Part shown: positions 37,501-50,830 of the stretch, piece by piece
Layout of the letters: every line of letters starts with the position of its first letter
Position numbering within the stretch: position 1 is the first letter of the stretch
Source of the DNA: Lama guanicoe
Lineage: Eukaryota
Length of the DNA stretch: 64,000 bases
Assembly (NCBI GenBank): GCA_013239625.1
Contig: MU054212.1
Span: 496,001 to 560,000, forward strand
Direction: 5' to 3'
The notes under the pieces: model-generated
The model's database searches: none
Told to the model about the DNA's origin: nothing
The model's input: the letters and a program-made list of their open reading frames with translations, nothing else
Position numbers and translations under genes: made by a program

Positions 37501-39469
37501 ATCCCAGCTACTCTGCAGGTCCCCTGTGTGCTTCATAGGAGCTAACATCACTTTGTAAAGGATTGAACTCTGGGAACTTTGTTCTGGTCCCCAAGGCACA
37601 TATTGCTCAGCAGAGCCAGGACCCTTTCTAACCCTGAACTGCACTCCTGCCACTGAGCTTTTTGGCCTCTGTCATGTGTGGCATTTTATCCAAACAAGTT
37701 TTGTGACCTTCCTTAGCAAAACAGGTGCTGTTTTAGGATCTGGATGGTTTACTTGCGCCGAGAATATGCACAGATATTCGTTACCCCCCATCCAACCCAC
37801 GTTTGACTCTGGATGTGTCAGTGGGGAGCTGCTGTGTGTATGCAGAGTGACTAAACGAGGTGTTTTATCTGACCCTGTTTGCTCCAAACACAAGTGAACA
37901 ATTGAGGCCGGGCCGATTGGAAGAGACGGGAATGATACATTTCCATCCAGTTATCCCATCTGGATACCCCTCCCTGCGAGCTGTATTTCAAAGAGCTCAA
38001 AGGGTTTAGCCAGCAGAGCTTCATTAAGAGGTGCAACATTTGTTATACGTAACTTTAGTTCTTTAGAGCCAGGAAAATAAAAGTCGAGACTGAAATATAA
38101 GGAAATGGGTAAGATACGTGCTGGCCGGTGAGATCTGGAATTATAAAAAAAAAATGTGTTTACAGGGGAATTCAGCTTTGGTTTTATATTCTCACAAATT
38201 GATACCAGATGCCTATGTTTCAGACAGACTCCCAAGCTAATCCAAGAGTGTGAGTTGGAAAACAAATCACTTTGCCATTTGGAATGCTGATTGATATTTT
38301 AGAAGTTTCTTTTTGTTTTCAAAGGAGAAATAATGCATATTACAGGCCTAGCAAACAGAATTTTTATAAATGGCAATTAACAGAAGATGCCCAAGGGAGG
38401 AAGTCTCCAGTTTCTTTTTATAACCCTGGCAGAAGTAATCGAGGCGACATTTTATTAGTATTGGCATCCCCCTCTTGCCCTGGGAGCTGGTTCGCCTTGT
38501 GCAGCCCTGTCCAGAGCCGGTAGCTTCATGCCCGTTCTGCTTCAACCTTGGGTCAGAGGAGAAACACAGAGCCCTTGTGTCCTGGGCAGCCAGCCTCGTG
38601 TGGTCTCCACGTGGCAGGACCCTAGGCTCACGGGGTGGCTCTCACATTTTCCCCTACTGGTTTTAAAAAGTGGCTTTTCGTTTTGAGTCTTTATGCATTT
38701 GGTCTCCACAGTGTTCCCTTCTCCTGCAGGCTGTTTTCCTCACTGGCATTGGAAGAACTCATAAAATGAGTCTTGAGTAGCCTGACACCTCTGCCGCCCC
38801 GCCGCGTTCCTTGAATGCTTTCTGAAAGGTGCCTCTGTGTGAGCATGCACGCTGACTCTCCCATCTGAGTGGCTGGAGAGTCGCCTGGGTGACCGGGAGA
38901 GCCGAGTCTGGATTCTGGCTCCTCACCCTGGACACTGTCAGATTTGGGTGAGAATCTCTCTCCAAGGCTCAGCCTGGAAAAGAGGCCTGACAGAGCTGGG
39001 TGGTTGGAAGATCACAGGAGTGGAGTTGGGTGGGGTCTCCGGCAACAGAGAGGGGCCTTAGTACTCCCTCCAGCAGCCGGGCTGTTAACTTTCAGGAGGA
39101 TGAGAAGGGACCTCGAAGAGGCCCAGAGCAGCGAGTCTGCCATGGAATGAAAGGGTGAGATCCGTTGGCCCTGCTCACTGGGGCTAACGTTGGCCAAAGG
39201 CTTCTGGGCTGTGGATGGAGACCCAAGGGTGCCAAGACTGTGTTCCCAGGACTTAAGCATCTTGTCTTTCAAGCTTCGCCTTGTCCCTCTATGAGCTGCC
39301 CCTGCTCCGAGGGAGTGAATTTGTATTGTAAAACTTTTAGTTTATATAGTAGTACAAAGTTAAGTTCTATCAAGTTGCTATGAACCCTGAATGAACTGCA
39401 AACACTGACCACTGGACCATCGCTCCCAGGGAAATAGAGGGTGGGTGTCCTGCGAGCCTCAGGTCACAT

Positions 39470-39950
39470 TTTCCTCATCCATCTGGTCAGTACATAACCT
39501 GGTTTTACATGTGTTTCTGTTTGAAGATACCTTCTTTAATATATGTTGTTAATTCATTAGCATTGAACCCACGGCCAACAGTAACTCATGCCTGGACGAA
39601 GCTTCTTTCTCACAAGTTTCCCCCGTTGGTCACATACTAGACAGCACTTCAGCGCTTGGCCTGGGGACCATTTTAAAAAGCAGAATCACCACCAACAAGC
39701 GTGAAAGTGCAAAAACAGTGTGGTACTAGAAGTACGTCGCTAAGGATACTTTTTTGCAGTATGAGAGCTGAAGCTGGAGGCCGCCTCAGCTGTCCAGACC
39801 CCCTCCCGACTTTGCAGATGCATGTGGCCACAAATGACCGTCAAAGTGCTTTTGATCTGGGGGTACAAGCAAATATTAGCAAGGATGCAAATAAATATTA
39901 GGAAGGAGGTGAATTCAGCTACAGAATCTACAAGTAATGAGACTTGACTG
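39470..39950. mobile_element. MER82 (TcMar-Tigger) remnant
   Basis: GCCAACAGTAACTCATGCCTGGACGAAGCTT...CTAGACAGCACTTCAGC...AGTATGAGAGCTGAA...TAATGAGACTTGACTG. Confidence 0.7.
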
Positions 39951-40344
39951 CCCTTTATTCAGGTATGAGTATGTGCTGTGTGCTGAGGGTTCCCAAGCCT
40001 GGGCTGTCTTTGAAGGGGTCCTTTTTCTGTTATGCAGAGTCCTGCCCCATCCACTCTCACATGTATTCCTGATTAACACCCTTGAGTAGGGAAGGGCTGG
40101 CGTTATTGTCTTCCCTTTATTGATGAGAGAACCAAAAACCAGAGAGCAGATGTGACTCGAAGTCCCAAAAGAAAGTGGAGTCTGACTTTCTGGCCACTTC
40201 CTTCCCCCTCTGCTGTGCAGGCAGGTGCAGTTACAAGACAGGACGAGTGCTTTGACCAGGAGAACTTGAATGCTGACATCAGAGTTTAATACCGTGGAAA
40301 AAGTTATCTTCCTAATAATTTCTCCGTGATTTAATTAGGCAAAG

Positions 40345-40600
40345 GCAGTGTAGCGCTGTGACTAAGAGCGTAAATTCTGAAGCCAGACTTAGGTTTGAAT
40401 TTAGCTTTGCTACTCCCTACCTGTGTGGCTTTGGGCAATTTCTAAATAAAGTAAAACCTCTTCTGGCGTTTGGTTTCCTCTTTTGTAAAATAAAGATAGT
40501 ATTAACACCCGGTGTGTGTGGTTAGTGTGAGAATTCTGTGAGTTCATTCACATTCAGTGCTGAGAACCGTGCCTGCCTTAGACCCTCTCTGCATTAGTCA
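40345..40600 (+). mobile_element. MIR SINE
   Basis: CAGTGTAGCGCTGTGACTAAGAGCG...CTGAAGCCAGAC...GGTTTGAAT...TTGGGCAA...TTTCCTC..TTGTAAAAT. Confidence 0.7.
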
Positions 40601-41660
40601 TGACTATTATTTAGCTGATAGATGCTCAAGAAATGAGTGTTGAGTCGTCAAAAATGGCTCTTAAATTAGGCAAATGGTAAAGTATGATTATAAGTGCACG
40701 GCCCAGAGCCAAGAGGAGATTTTGCAATTTTCCAGCCCTTTTGATCCATTTGGGTTACATTGTTCAGACCTGGAAAATCTGTTTTAGAGCTTTATTTATC
40801 CAGTTTGACTGTCAGCAGCCAGCAGATTAAAAAGACTTTTGTCAAGTCCCTGCCATTTTTGATGAGTGGACAGCTAATCAGATGAGCAAATATTAGCAGG
40901 CACCTGCTTGGTTTAATAGTCCCTGCCTGTGAATATTTAAATAGTAGAAGACAAGAATCTGAGAAGTCACATGGGAGAGCATAATTAAGGCATATAAAGA
41001 ACAAATTTCCATGTCACCCCAGAACCTCCATCTTTTTAGCTACTCCAGTGTATTTAAAACTGCCAGAGTTTTCCTTCCCTTCCTTCTGCCATTCAGTAAC
41101 TGGTACAGGCGTTAGTCAAAGGCAGTCACGTGCCCCACAGGGATGGGGAGCAGATCATGTGGACAGTCCCCAAACTGGAGTCATCCCAGGACCTGGCAGA
41201 AATCTGTCTTTATAAGCAAGCCCCAGGCAGTCCGCCCATCTCCTTGGAAATGCCTTTCATGTCACCAGCAGAAGAGAGTCACAAAGGATGTAGCATTATT
41301 TCCATATCTATGTAATTATGATATGGTGGTGATTTCAAACATTGATTCTTTTTTTTCTCTCTGGAAGCCCCACTCTTGGGCAGTCTTGTGACTTTCTACA
41401 TTTCTTCCCTCCCTCCAGAGACCTGGGACTCACAGTTGAGTGGCACAAAATGAATCTTTTGGCCGGGGGATGCTTCAGTTAGGGACAAGGACATACGGCA
41501 GCAGACTGTGAGAGCAATGTTAGGAAATTTCTGTTTGCTTTCTAGAAACAGACTTTGGAACTTTCCAGCCCGGGGGGAAAAGGGGGGCCAGGCAGGGCTT
41601 TCTGTTATTTGCTTATAAAAAAAAAATTGCAGACCTGAATCCATACTTGTCTTACTATCT

Positions 41661-41794
41661 TTTTTCTTTTTTTTTTTTGTGGGGGGAGATAATTAGGTTT
41701 GTTTATTTATGTATTACTGGAGGTACTGGGGATTGAACCCAGGACCTTGTGCATGCGAAGCACTCACTCTACCACCGAGCTACACGTTTCTCCC
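41661..41794 (-). mobile_element. tRNA-Ala-derived camelid-type SINE with TSD
   Basis: Poly-T, TAATTAGGTTT, GGAGGTACTGGGGATTGAACCCAGG...CTCTACCACCGAGCTACA. ATACTTGTCTTACT(A/G)TCT occurs at 41643-41660 and 41797-41814. Confidence 0.88.
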
Positions 41795-44700
41795 TGATAC
41801 TTGTCTTACTGTCTAATATTAAACCCTGGCTTTGCCTAACCTGCTCGCATTCATAGCATAAGCCCCCAAGAGTTCTCTTGTTAGAAAACTCCTATTTTCT
41901 TAAGGGGAAAGGCATCTTGCCTATAAGCAAGTATTTTGTGACACGTTTCAAGTAGACCTTTTCCCCTAGATGTTTTTTTTTCCTACTGTATTCACTTTTT
42001 ATCAGTGAACAAGCGATTCTTTCTTCCATGTCAGTGTTTATTCAGCCCAAGGCGTTGGTGCAAGATATGCTGCTAAATAGATCCAGTCAGATGATCCTGG
42101 CTGTGTGAGCTTATAAGAGACATCTGTTGAAGTTTAAAAATAAATAATTAAAACACATGCAGAGACAAAAACTTGGTTGCTCCTAGCAAGATTAAAATTA
42201 GTCTGCTGTTACAGAGACTCTTTATATTTTTCTCAAAAGAATTTATAATTTTTTTTTCAGTTCATCTAATCATAAAAATCTGGGTAGAGAAAATAACAGT
42301 TTGACTTTTTTTCTTTTAATCTCATTGTCAAGTTATACCATTGAAATAGCCTCACCTGGCACTAGGAGTCTTTTATGTGTCTGGCAAGTTGTAGGTAATT
42401 CTTGTCTGTGGCTCTTCTAAAATTACCTAAATTAGAGAGGATTCTCCCACGCAGGACTTTCAGAAAGATGTGCTGATTCGGAGAGCTGTTTTGATAGGGG
42501 ATGGGTTACTGGCATCTTGAATTGAGAAATGAGAAGAGATATAGGCAAAGACATCTTCCAGTTTTCCTTTGCAAGCCCCTCTTGCTTTTAAATCTTGTCT
42601 AAGAAAATTATTACTAATGAACATAAGTATTTATAGGGCAGGAGGCAGCTGGGAGACGAGCTCCTCCACTCCGGGGCCCTTCCCCAAGCCTTCCGGTCGG
42701 AAACGACCTCCTCCGTGGATAACCACGCTGCTGCCTTGTGTTAAGTGCCCACAGCCAAGCAGCGTGACGTGACTATAAATCCATGTTCACCAGCCTCACA
42801 CAGGCACTCGTGGTCTTGCTGCGTTTCTGCATCCATTCCCTCTCCCATTCTCCCAAAACAACCTCTGCTTCTCCTCGCTCCTCAGACCCTTCCCGAAGCC
42901 CCTGCTGCATCCTCTCTCTCAGCCCCCCGCCCCCCCACCGGGCCTCGCTTCCCCGCCCCCCCACCTTTCTAGAAGCAGCCTCTCCTTCAGAGAAGATTTA
43001 AAAAAGGAAGGGGAAGGTTGGTTCGAATGCAGTGATTCCTCATCAGACTTGGGGCCTGAAAGTTCACATTTCAGGGGAAATGAGTGATTTCCTGCCTGCT
43101 GGAAAGAAGCAGTTCTAGGGATTTTTTGATGTGTGGTGCAAGCAACTGGGCAAGAAGTCACTTAATCATAAGGGGTCATCTTACCAAACTTTTATCCCAT
43201 TTCTTGCCCTTCCATGTGCTTTCTTCACTAATGGCTCTGTTGATCCTTTACTGTCACCTGGAATACAAGCATGGTACACATACACACAGGCATACTTAGG
43301 TCTCTGTGTGTAATATGAATGCATCATTTTTTAGAACTCCATATTATTTTCTGATAACAAAAAGGAATACCTGTGTGAAACATTTAGAAAAAAACAGAAA
43401 TTCAAATTATCCAGAGATGACCAGTTAATGTTTTGGCATAGGGCATGCACAGATTTGGGTGGGTTAGAACCTGTCAATTAACATTGGTTATGGTGTGTGT
43501 TCTATTCTCTCTCTTTTTTTAATACTAGAGACCAAAGTGCAGATACCGTTTTGCAAGTTTCCTTTTTTCACTAAATTATGAACACCCTCCCTTGTCATTA
43601 AATCGCATCTTGCACGTGTCTGTTGGTGGGAGCTTATTAAATTTTCTCCGTGCTGTCAGAAGTCGGTCTGCAGTAGGTTCTGGGTCGATTACAATTTCTC
43701 TGCTGACGGTCTTAACGGAGGAGGAAGGGTAGCATTTCCCTCATTTTAAAGTAGAAAAAAAAACAAGGAGTAGAAGTTAATTTCTGAATGACTGAGCCAG
43801 GGCGCGGGAAGCTGGAAATAGAAAGCAGATCTCTCGCTCACTGGTGCTTGATTCACTTGATAAAACTAATCTCAAGATCATTGTTAGCCAAAATGATTTC
43901 CCCTAATCTCCTGGGAGTGTGCTTTCATATTTTTATGTTTGCTTAATGGTCATTTCAATCCCACATATTTTTATTTTCCCTTCCCATTTAAAAAACGAAA
44001 ACTTTCCAGGCTTCGTTGGGAGACTTCCTGGATCTTTCCCCTCACGTGTCTGAAAACGGGGCCACGTAACACACACAGCCTGGGACCCACCAAGAATCCT
44101 CGGGCTCCCGATGGTCCAGCTGCAGGCCAGTTTTTTCAAAAAGCTGTTTGGAAATTCAGGGTCTGTTTTAGTAACCAGATGCCTCCTTTTTTGCAATTAT
44201 ATTAGCTCATTCAGAATTTACTTTAAAAGACCATCAAAGTGCCATGCTCAAGAAAGACATATGGGGTAGTTTCTGTCGGTTATAATTTGTACAGTGTTCA
44301 ATGAGTGCTAACTGGTTTGGGGGTTTTGAGGAGCTGATGATTTGGGCTTTTTCCATCATTTGACAGGTATTTATTTTGCACCTAATATGAGTTAGTCCTG
44401 AACTTAGCCCTGAGTCACCTAGGAGAGCCAGACAGGAGAATCCATCTGGATGGTGTAGGGCTTGCAATGACAGCCTCATCCAGGATGCCACGGGAGCAAG
44501 GAGGAGCTCTGTGTGGAGAGATGGGCGAGAGGGAGGTGGGAAGGGACCCCAACGCCGAAAGCTCCAGCCTATGTGTGCCCTGGGGGCCCAGTGGGTGGCT
44601 TTGCCTCCTTGGAGGGAAAGGTGTGTTTGGGGCAGGGAAGGAGATGGGCACAGAGGGACTGCGTAGAAGCAACAAGACGGTTCCCATAAACACGGGAGCT

Positions 44701-44869
44701 GAGCTGGCAGCCCTCTGAGTGACACCTGTGTGGGCAGCTCCTGGTTCTGCCTCTGCTCCTTTCACACCTGTGGCCCCTCAGGGCCCCTCCAAGGCAACCC
44801 TGGGGTGTCTGATGGGACTGATGCCAGTTTGCCTTTTCAGAATTCAAAAAACAAAAAAAGCCAGGCATG

Positions 44870-45558
44870 GAACTGGCACAGATATTTGCCCACTCATGTT
44901 CATAGCAGCGTGATTCACAGCAGCCAAAAGTTGGAAATAACCCAAGTGTCCATCAAGGGATGAAAGTCAACAAAATGTGGTCTCTACTACTATCCAGCTT
45001 TCAAAGGAAGGAAGTTCTGACGCATGCAACGTGGATGAATTATGCTAAGTGAAAAAGGACAAATACTGTGTGATTTCACTTAGATGAAGTACCTAGAATA
45101 GTCAAATCCACAGAGACAGAAAGGAAAATGGTGGTTTCCAGGGTGGTGGGTGAAGTAGAGAGTGTTTAATAAGAGCACAGAGTTTAGGTTGGAGGGTAGT
45201 GATGGTGCACAACAATGTGAGTATATTTTCAAACTACTATATACAGAATAGATAAAACAACAAGGTCCTACTGGGAACTATATTCAATAACTTGTAATAA
45301 CCTGTAATGAAAAAGGAATATGAAAAAGAATATATATACATATATATTTGAATCACTATGCTGTGCACTAGAAACTAACACAGCATTGTAAATCAACTAT
45401 CTTTCAATTTTAAAAAGTTATTACAAAAATTTTAAAAGCCAATGTGAATATATTTAATGCCACCAAATTTTACACTTAAAATGGTTAAAATGGTAAATTT
45501 TCTGTTATGTATGTATATTTTACAATTAAAAAAAACTTTAATAGGAAAAAAAAAAAAA
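44870..45558 (+). mobile_element. L1MB-like 3' end with a younger L1 3' end nested at about 45229-45439
   Basis: CATGTTCATAGCAGC...CCCAAGTGTCCATCAA...CACTTAAAATGGTTAAAATGGTAAATTTT plus poly-A. The nested piece is flanked by CAATGTGA(G/A)TATATTT. Confidence 0.8.
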
Positions 45559-46359
45559 CCCCAGGGCATAGAGCAAAGCTGAACCCCAGGACAGGGCTGA
45601 CAGCTGAGCCTGGAAGAGAATCCCCCCACAGGAGCCCACGATGCCTGATCTCTACCAGGCTCTAGTCTCCTGAGGTCCTGATCTAATGATTAAACACATT
45701 AAGCCTAGAGTGTGAGGAAAACTCAGGTATTTCTAACATTAGTGGGGCCTTAGAGTTCCAAGAATGAAGTGTCCCCCGGCCCGATCCAAGGTTCCAAAGT
45801 TGTTTTTAAACCCACCATTCCTACCTGGTTGGGTAAGGTGTTCTTGTTTCTTTGGCAAAATAGCTTTCATTCGAAAATAAACTTCGAAATGGAAGCTTAA
45901 AGAGCTTTCTGTCAAACCTAGCAGAAACCCTTAGAGCGTCACTTTCAAACAAACATCTGGAGAACTCATCAGAATTTGAAAGGACCCTGGGGCAGGTGTC
46001 CTGTTGCTCTGATAAGTACATGAGAGGGTTTAAAGCAGCGTGTGACCTGCAGAGCCTCTCCCAAGACTCCTTTGAAGTTTCTTCTGATTGGAGCCAGCAA
46101 CTGTGTGGGGTCACGGGTGGCCAAGGGGCACGTGGCTCCTGCCTGGGCTTGGCGGTGGCCGGATGGGCAGCCAGCCCTGTGTGAGGGAGGGATCCCTGAA
46201 CAGCCCTCCGCCCCTCCCAGCTCCTCTTTGGAAGACAACCCACTCCTTCCCCCAGGATGTTATGAGCTGCTAGTTCTGGAAGAGATGCAAGACTGCAATC
46301 TCCGTTTCAAAGCGCCACCCCAGACTGTTCGGTATGGAAGTTGCCCTGTTCCTTACCTA

Positions 46360-46540
46360 CCACCTCCTGGCCCTGGAGCCTTGGGCAAGTTACGTACCGT
46401 GTTGGGACCTCAGTTCCTCCATCTGTGAAATGAGAGTCTGAATACTACCCGCCTCGCAGGGGGCTGTGAGAATTAAATGCAGCAACGTCTGTAAAGCCCT
46501 CAGAGTGCTTGGGTATAAGGTTCGCAGCATGAGAGAGAAA
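46360..46540 (+). mobile_element. MIR SINE
   Basis: CCTTGGGCAAGTTAC...CCTCAGTTCCTCCATCTGTGAAATGAG...GTGAGAATTAAATG. Confidence 0.7.
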
Positions 46541-48544
46541 CGTTAACAGGGGCCCGCCAGCCTTTAGGTCTGGTCTGATGGCTCCTGAGAGCCTGGGTGC
46601 TGTCTGAGGGATGTTTCAACACAGACAGGATACACGTCCCCTTCTTCCCACACCTTCGCTTTGGCCTCTGACAGGGTGGGCGGTGGGGGCTTCCCAGCTT
46701 TACACTCAGTGTTTCCAGGTTACAGGACACACACCCAAGGCTTCTCGGGCGGCGCGTTGATGGGCCTTGGGTCCGTTTATGCCCCTTATGCTTTTTAGTA
46801 GGCTGCTGGGTTTTTATGAACCTGGGAACCTGGGCTCTTGATGATTATGAGGCATTAAATCTTGGTGCCAGTTTAATAGGCCCAGCCCGGCCTCAGAGTG
46901 AGCCTCGTTTGTTCTGATGCTTGACAAGCTTCCGTTTCAAAGGACGTGTCAAAATCCAGGAACTGAATCTCCCAGACTGAGCAGGGAGAAATTTGAGGGG
47001 CTGCTTTGCATTTTAGAGAAACAGCTAAGACTGCCTTTTTAACCTGAATATGTGTCGGCTGAGAAGAAGGGCAGAGTCTGGTCTTCCCTTTGGTGGCGAG
47101 ATGGTGGTGGGATACATTATCCAGAGCGCCTACCGGAGCTTTGCTAACACACGACCTGTGCAGCCAGGCGGTGCACGGTCTCTGCACCTGGATGAGTGAT
47201 CTCCAAGGTCCGTCCCAGCACTGACACCCAGGAAGCCTTCCCGGATTTGCTCCTCCTCAGCCTTGCCCTGAGTTCCTCCCTCTTTGCTCCCACACCTCAG
47301 ACACATCTGTCAGTGCACTCTCCTTTGTTTTTACTTTTTATAATCTCTCTTAAGGTGTCTCCCCACCAGAATGTCCCTAAAGGCAGGGACTGTGCTCTGT
47401 TCATCCCTGATTTCCCAGCACCTTGTCAGGGGTATTTAATAAACGTTGGGTGTGCATGTGAATGCATGAGTGAATGATAGTTTATAATTCAGGTGAGCTT
47501 TGTCCTCGGTGGTGGAGGGCAAGGTTTGTGTGTGTTGAGCCTTCCCATGGTATATATACACGCTTCTCCTCTGCCCTGAATATCTTGATTCATGCCTCCA
47601 TTTCTTGCTAAAATTTTGCGAAGTGCCTCTGTTTTGCTGCTGTCTCCTTTCCTTTCGATAGAGCACAGTGTTATTATTTCTCCTGTGATCTTTAGAAATC
47701 TACCCAATTTTCAGAGCGGGCCCTCATCTCTGCTTTGGTGTTGCTTTGACTGTCATCCGTCAGCTTTTTCCAAGATTCCTGCCACTCAGTGAAACCCTAG
47801 CTGGCCTGGGCTTGACCCCATCGAGCAGAGCCAAAGGCTCCAGAGAGACTCACCAGGCACCCACCCTCTACGTGCACCCTAACCGGAACTCTGGTTCCCC
47901 ATGATCCCATCAGCCTTGCCTCTCTGCCGAATGGGCACAGCTCAGAGCTCACCTGCATTCCAGGCTCTGGCCTGTGAGTATTTGACCCAAGTCTTCAAGT
48001 TTCAGACCTGTGTTGGCCCTGTCTCCATACTAGGTCATGAACCACCCAGAACAGGGACAAAGTTTTACATTCCTTTACTCTTCTTTGCATCCCCAACACT
48101 TAGGACTTTGGACATCTGTGTATATGTGCTGATGACAGTGATAACGGTGACATTGTGCTGAAAGTCACGTAACAGAGACAGAACTGGATTTGGAACTCTG
48201 CCCTGTCACCTCTGTTACCCCTGCTAGCTTCATTCTTTGCCTAGATAACTGGTTTCTAATCTTTCCTTGGAATCTCCTAGATTCTGTTTTACAAAAGAGA
48301 GAAAATGGACATGTGTACACACACACACGCTTTGCATCTGATTTTAAAGGTGCGCAGAACCTCTAGGAGGTCCAGGGACCCCAGTTTAAGGATCCTGCCC
48401 TAAAGGATGACACCACTGAACAGTCTTAGGAAAGTAAAATGCAGCTGACTGCATTTATTGTAGCCCAGTGCTTTGTGAAAACATTGGTTGAAAGCAGTAT
48501 ATCCCCCACTTTGGAGACTGTTAACAATATATTACTTGTGATAT

Positions 48545-49155
48545 ATGTATACAGTGGAATATTACTCAACCATAAAAAAGAATGAAATATTGCCATTTGC
48601 AATATGTGGATGGACCTGGAGGGTACTGTGCTTAGTGAAGTAACACAGAGAAAGACAAATGCTGTATGTTATCACTTATTTGTGACTGTAAACAATAAAA
48701 CAAAGGAATATAACAAAATAGAAACAAACTCACAGATAAAGAGAAAAACTAGTGGTTACCAGTGGGGAGAGGGAAGGAGGAGGGCCAAGATCGGGGCAGG
48801 GGGTTAGGAGACACAAACGACTATGTGTAAGATAAATGTTACAGTGATACAGTGTACAGCACAGGGACTGTAGCCAGCATGTTATAGTAATTTTACTTTT
48901 TAAAATTTATTTTAATTTTATTTATTTTTTGAAGGGGGAGGTAATTAGGCTTATTTATTTAGTTGTTTTTTTAATGGAGGTACTGAGGATTGAGCCCAGG
49001 GCCTCGTGCATGCTAAGCATGTACTCTACCACTGAGCTACACCCTCCCCCCATAATAACTTTAAAGGAGTATAATCTATAAAAATATTGAATCTCTGTGA
49101 TGTACACCTGCAACTAATGTAATATTGTAAATCAACTATACCTCAAAGAAAAAAG
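48545..49155 (+). mobile_element. L1 3' end (L1MA/artiodactyl-type) interrupted by a SINE
   Basis: GGAATATTACTCAACCATAAAAAAGAATGAAATATTGCCATTTGCAA...TGTAAATCAACTATACCTCAA plus an A-rich tail. Confidence 0.8.
48895..49051 (-). mobile_element. tRNA-Ala-derived camelid-type SINE
   Basis: GGGGAGGTAATTAGG...GGAGGTACTGAGGATTGAGCCCAGG...CATGCTAAGCATG...ACTGAGCTACACCCTCCCCC. Confidence 0.88.
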
Positions 49156-50259
49156 AAGTTGTTTAAAAATTTTTTAAAGAATATATGATTTTCTATAACA
49201 GCCATGGGGTATCACATCAAAGCGCTGGCATAAGGGGCTACTCAGACCTCTGGGTTAGACTTTTGCCAAAGTATCCAATAAGCAGTTGAATCCACATGGC
49301 ATCTTCTTGAATATTCCTGTGGTTTTCGGCACAGCTCTCCTGCTGCAGATTCGCTTTGGAAACCTTTCCTGAACAGCCTGGTAATTAGAACTGTGGTTGC
49401 TAATTAGGTATACGGTGAGGCCAAGGTACTAGTAATATATTTTCAAAGGGCTCCGAATGAGCTGTTGAAAAATTAAACTACCACCCAGACGCTGACAGAA
49501 GCACCTCAGAGGGTGTATTGTCTTTTTTCCTGCATCTTGGATGCCTTAAAGTGCTTCCAGGTTCTCTCCTAGAAAATGGGACCAGCCTTAAAAAAAAAAA
49601 AAAAAAAAGCCGTTTGCAACTGTTTCTTGCATCAGAGGCAAGAGAAATGGAAGTTAAAGAAATTGAAGTCTCAGAGCTCCAGACTAACACCACTTTGATG
49701 TGTGCAGTAAGGAGGCTCCCTGTTTGCCAAGTGAATGATAGTTTATAGTTCAGGTGAGGTTTGTCCTCGGTGGATGCGGGGAGAAGGGCGGTGGACGTGT
49801 GGGCCGTCAGCAGGTGTTGAGGTGCCCGTAGGAGACCGGGGGAGAAGATGAAGTCCTGGTTAAAGCGGTGAGCTGGCCTTGGCCTGTCCAGGGTTTGCCT
49901 ACATCACCCTCCTTGCTCACCTGGTGCCTTTGCTGAGGACTGGAAACAGCCCCGGAAGGGGCCAGCTTAAACCGCATTAGAAAGGAAAGGGACCGGATGG
50001 GCCCTGAAGTGCGATAGTTCGGGCCCTGTCCTTGCTCTCTGACCAACTAGCTCTGGCCTGGGCAGGTCAGCCATGCTCTCAGTGTCCGGAGCCCTAGACA
50101 AAGGAAATTGAACCAGGTTCATAGTTTTCACGATCGTGTTGTCTTCATGCAGCGCTGAGGAGCTCAGCCAGGGCTGTAAGGAGTTCCACAAACGGTGGAT
50201 TCATTTTCACTCTGTAATTTTTTCTCAGTACAAACTTTTCTACATATAGATTTTATATA

Positions 50260-50830
50260 GCATTTTAACAGCTTGGTTGAGGTAGAATTCATACACTATC
50301 CATTTTCAAGTATAGTACCAGGTGTTTTTTAGTATGTTTACAAAGTTGGGCAACCATCACCACTCTGATTTTAGAACATTTTCATCACCCTAAAAAGAAA
50401 CCCTGTGGCCTTCAGCAGTCACTCCCCATTCCTCCCACACCCCACATCCAGCCCTAGACAACCACTAATCTGCTTGCTTTCTCTATGGATTTGCCTGTTC
50501 TGGGCAGATCACATAGCTGGAATCATACACTGTGTGGTCTTTTGTGACTGGCTTCTTTCCCTCTGCATAATGTTTTCAAGGTTCATCCATTTTGTAGCAT
50601 GTATCGGTACCTCATTCCTTTTTGTGGCTGAAGAATATTGTTTTATTCATCCATCTATCCGTTGATGGGATTTCGGCTGTTTTCACATCTTGGCTCTTGT
50701 CAATAACGTGCTGTGAACTTTCATGTACAGCCGTGTCTGGGCGTATTATGCTTTCATGTCTGTTGGATTACGTCTAGGAATGGAGTTGCCAGTCACATGG
50801 GGTAATTCTACCTTTAACATTTGAGGTATA
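50260..50830 (-). mobile_element. L1MB-like 3' end
   Basis: TTTAACAGCTTGGTTGAGGTAGAATTCA...GCAACCATCACCAC...TGTGACTGGCTTCTTTC...AGGTTCATCCAT. Confidence 0.8.

Noticed and set aside
9998..49051. tRNA-Ala(AGC)-like sequences as tRNA genes
   Set aside because: All four share a SINE tail (AAACCTAATTACC-like), are mutually diverged, and two have clear TSDs. They are SINEs.
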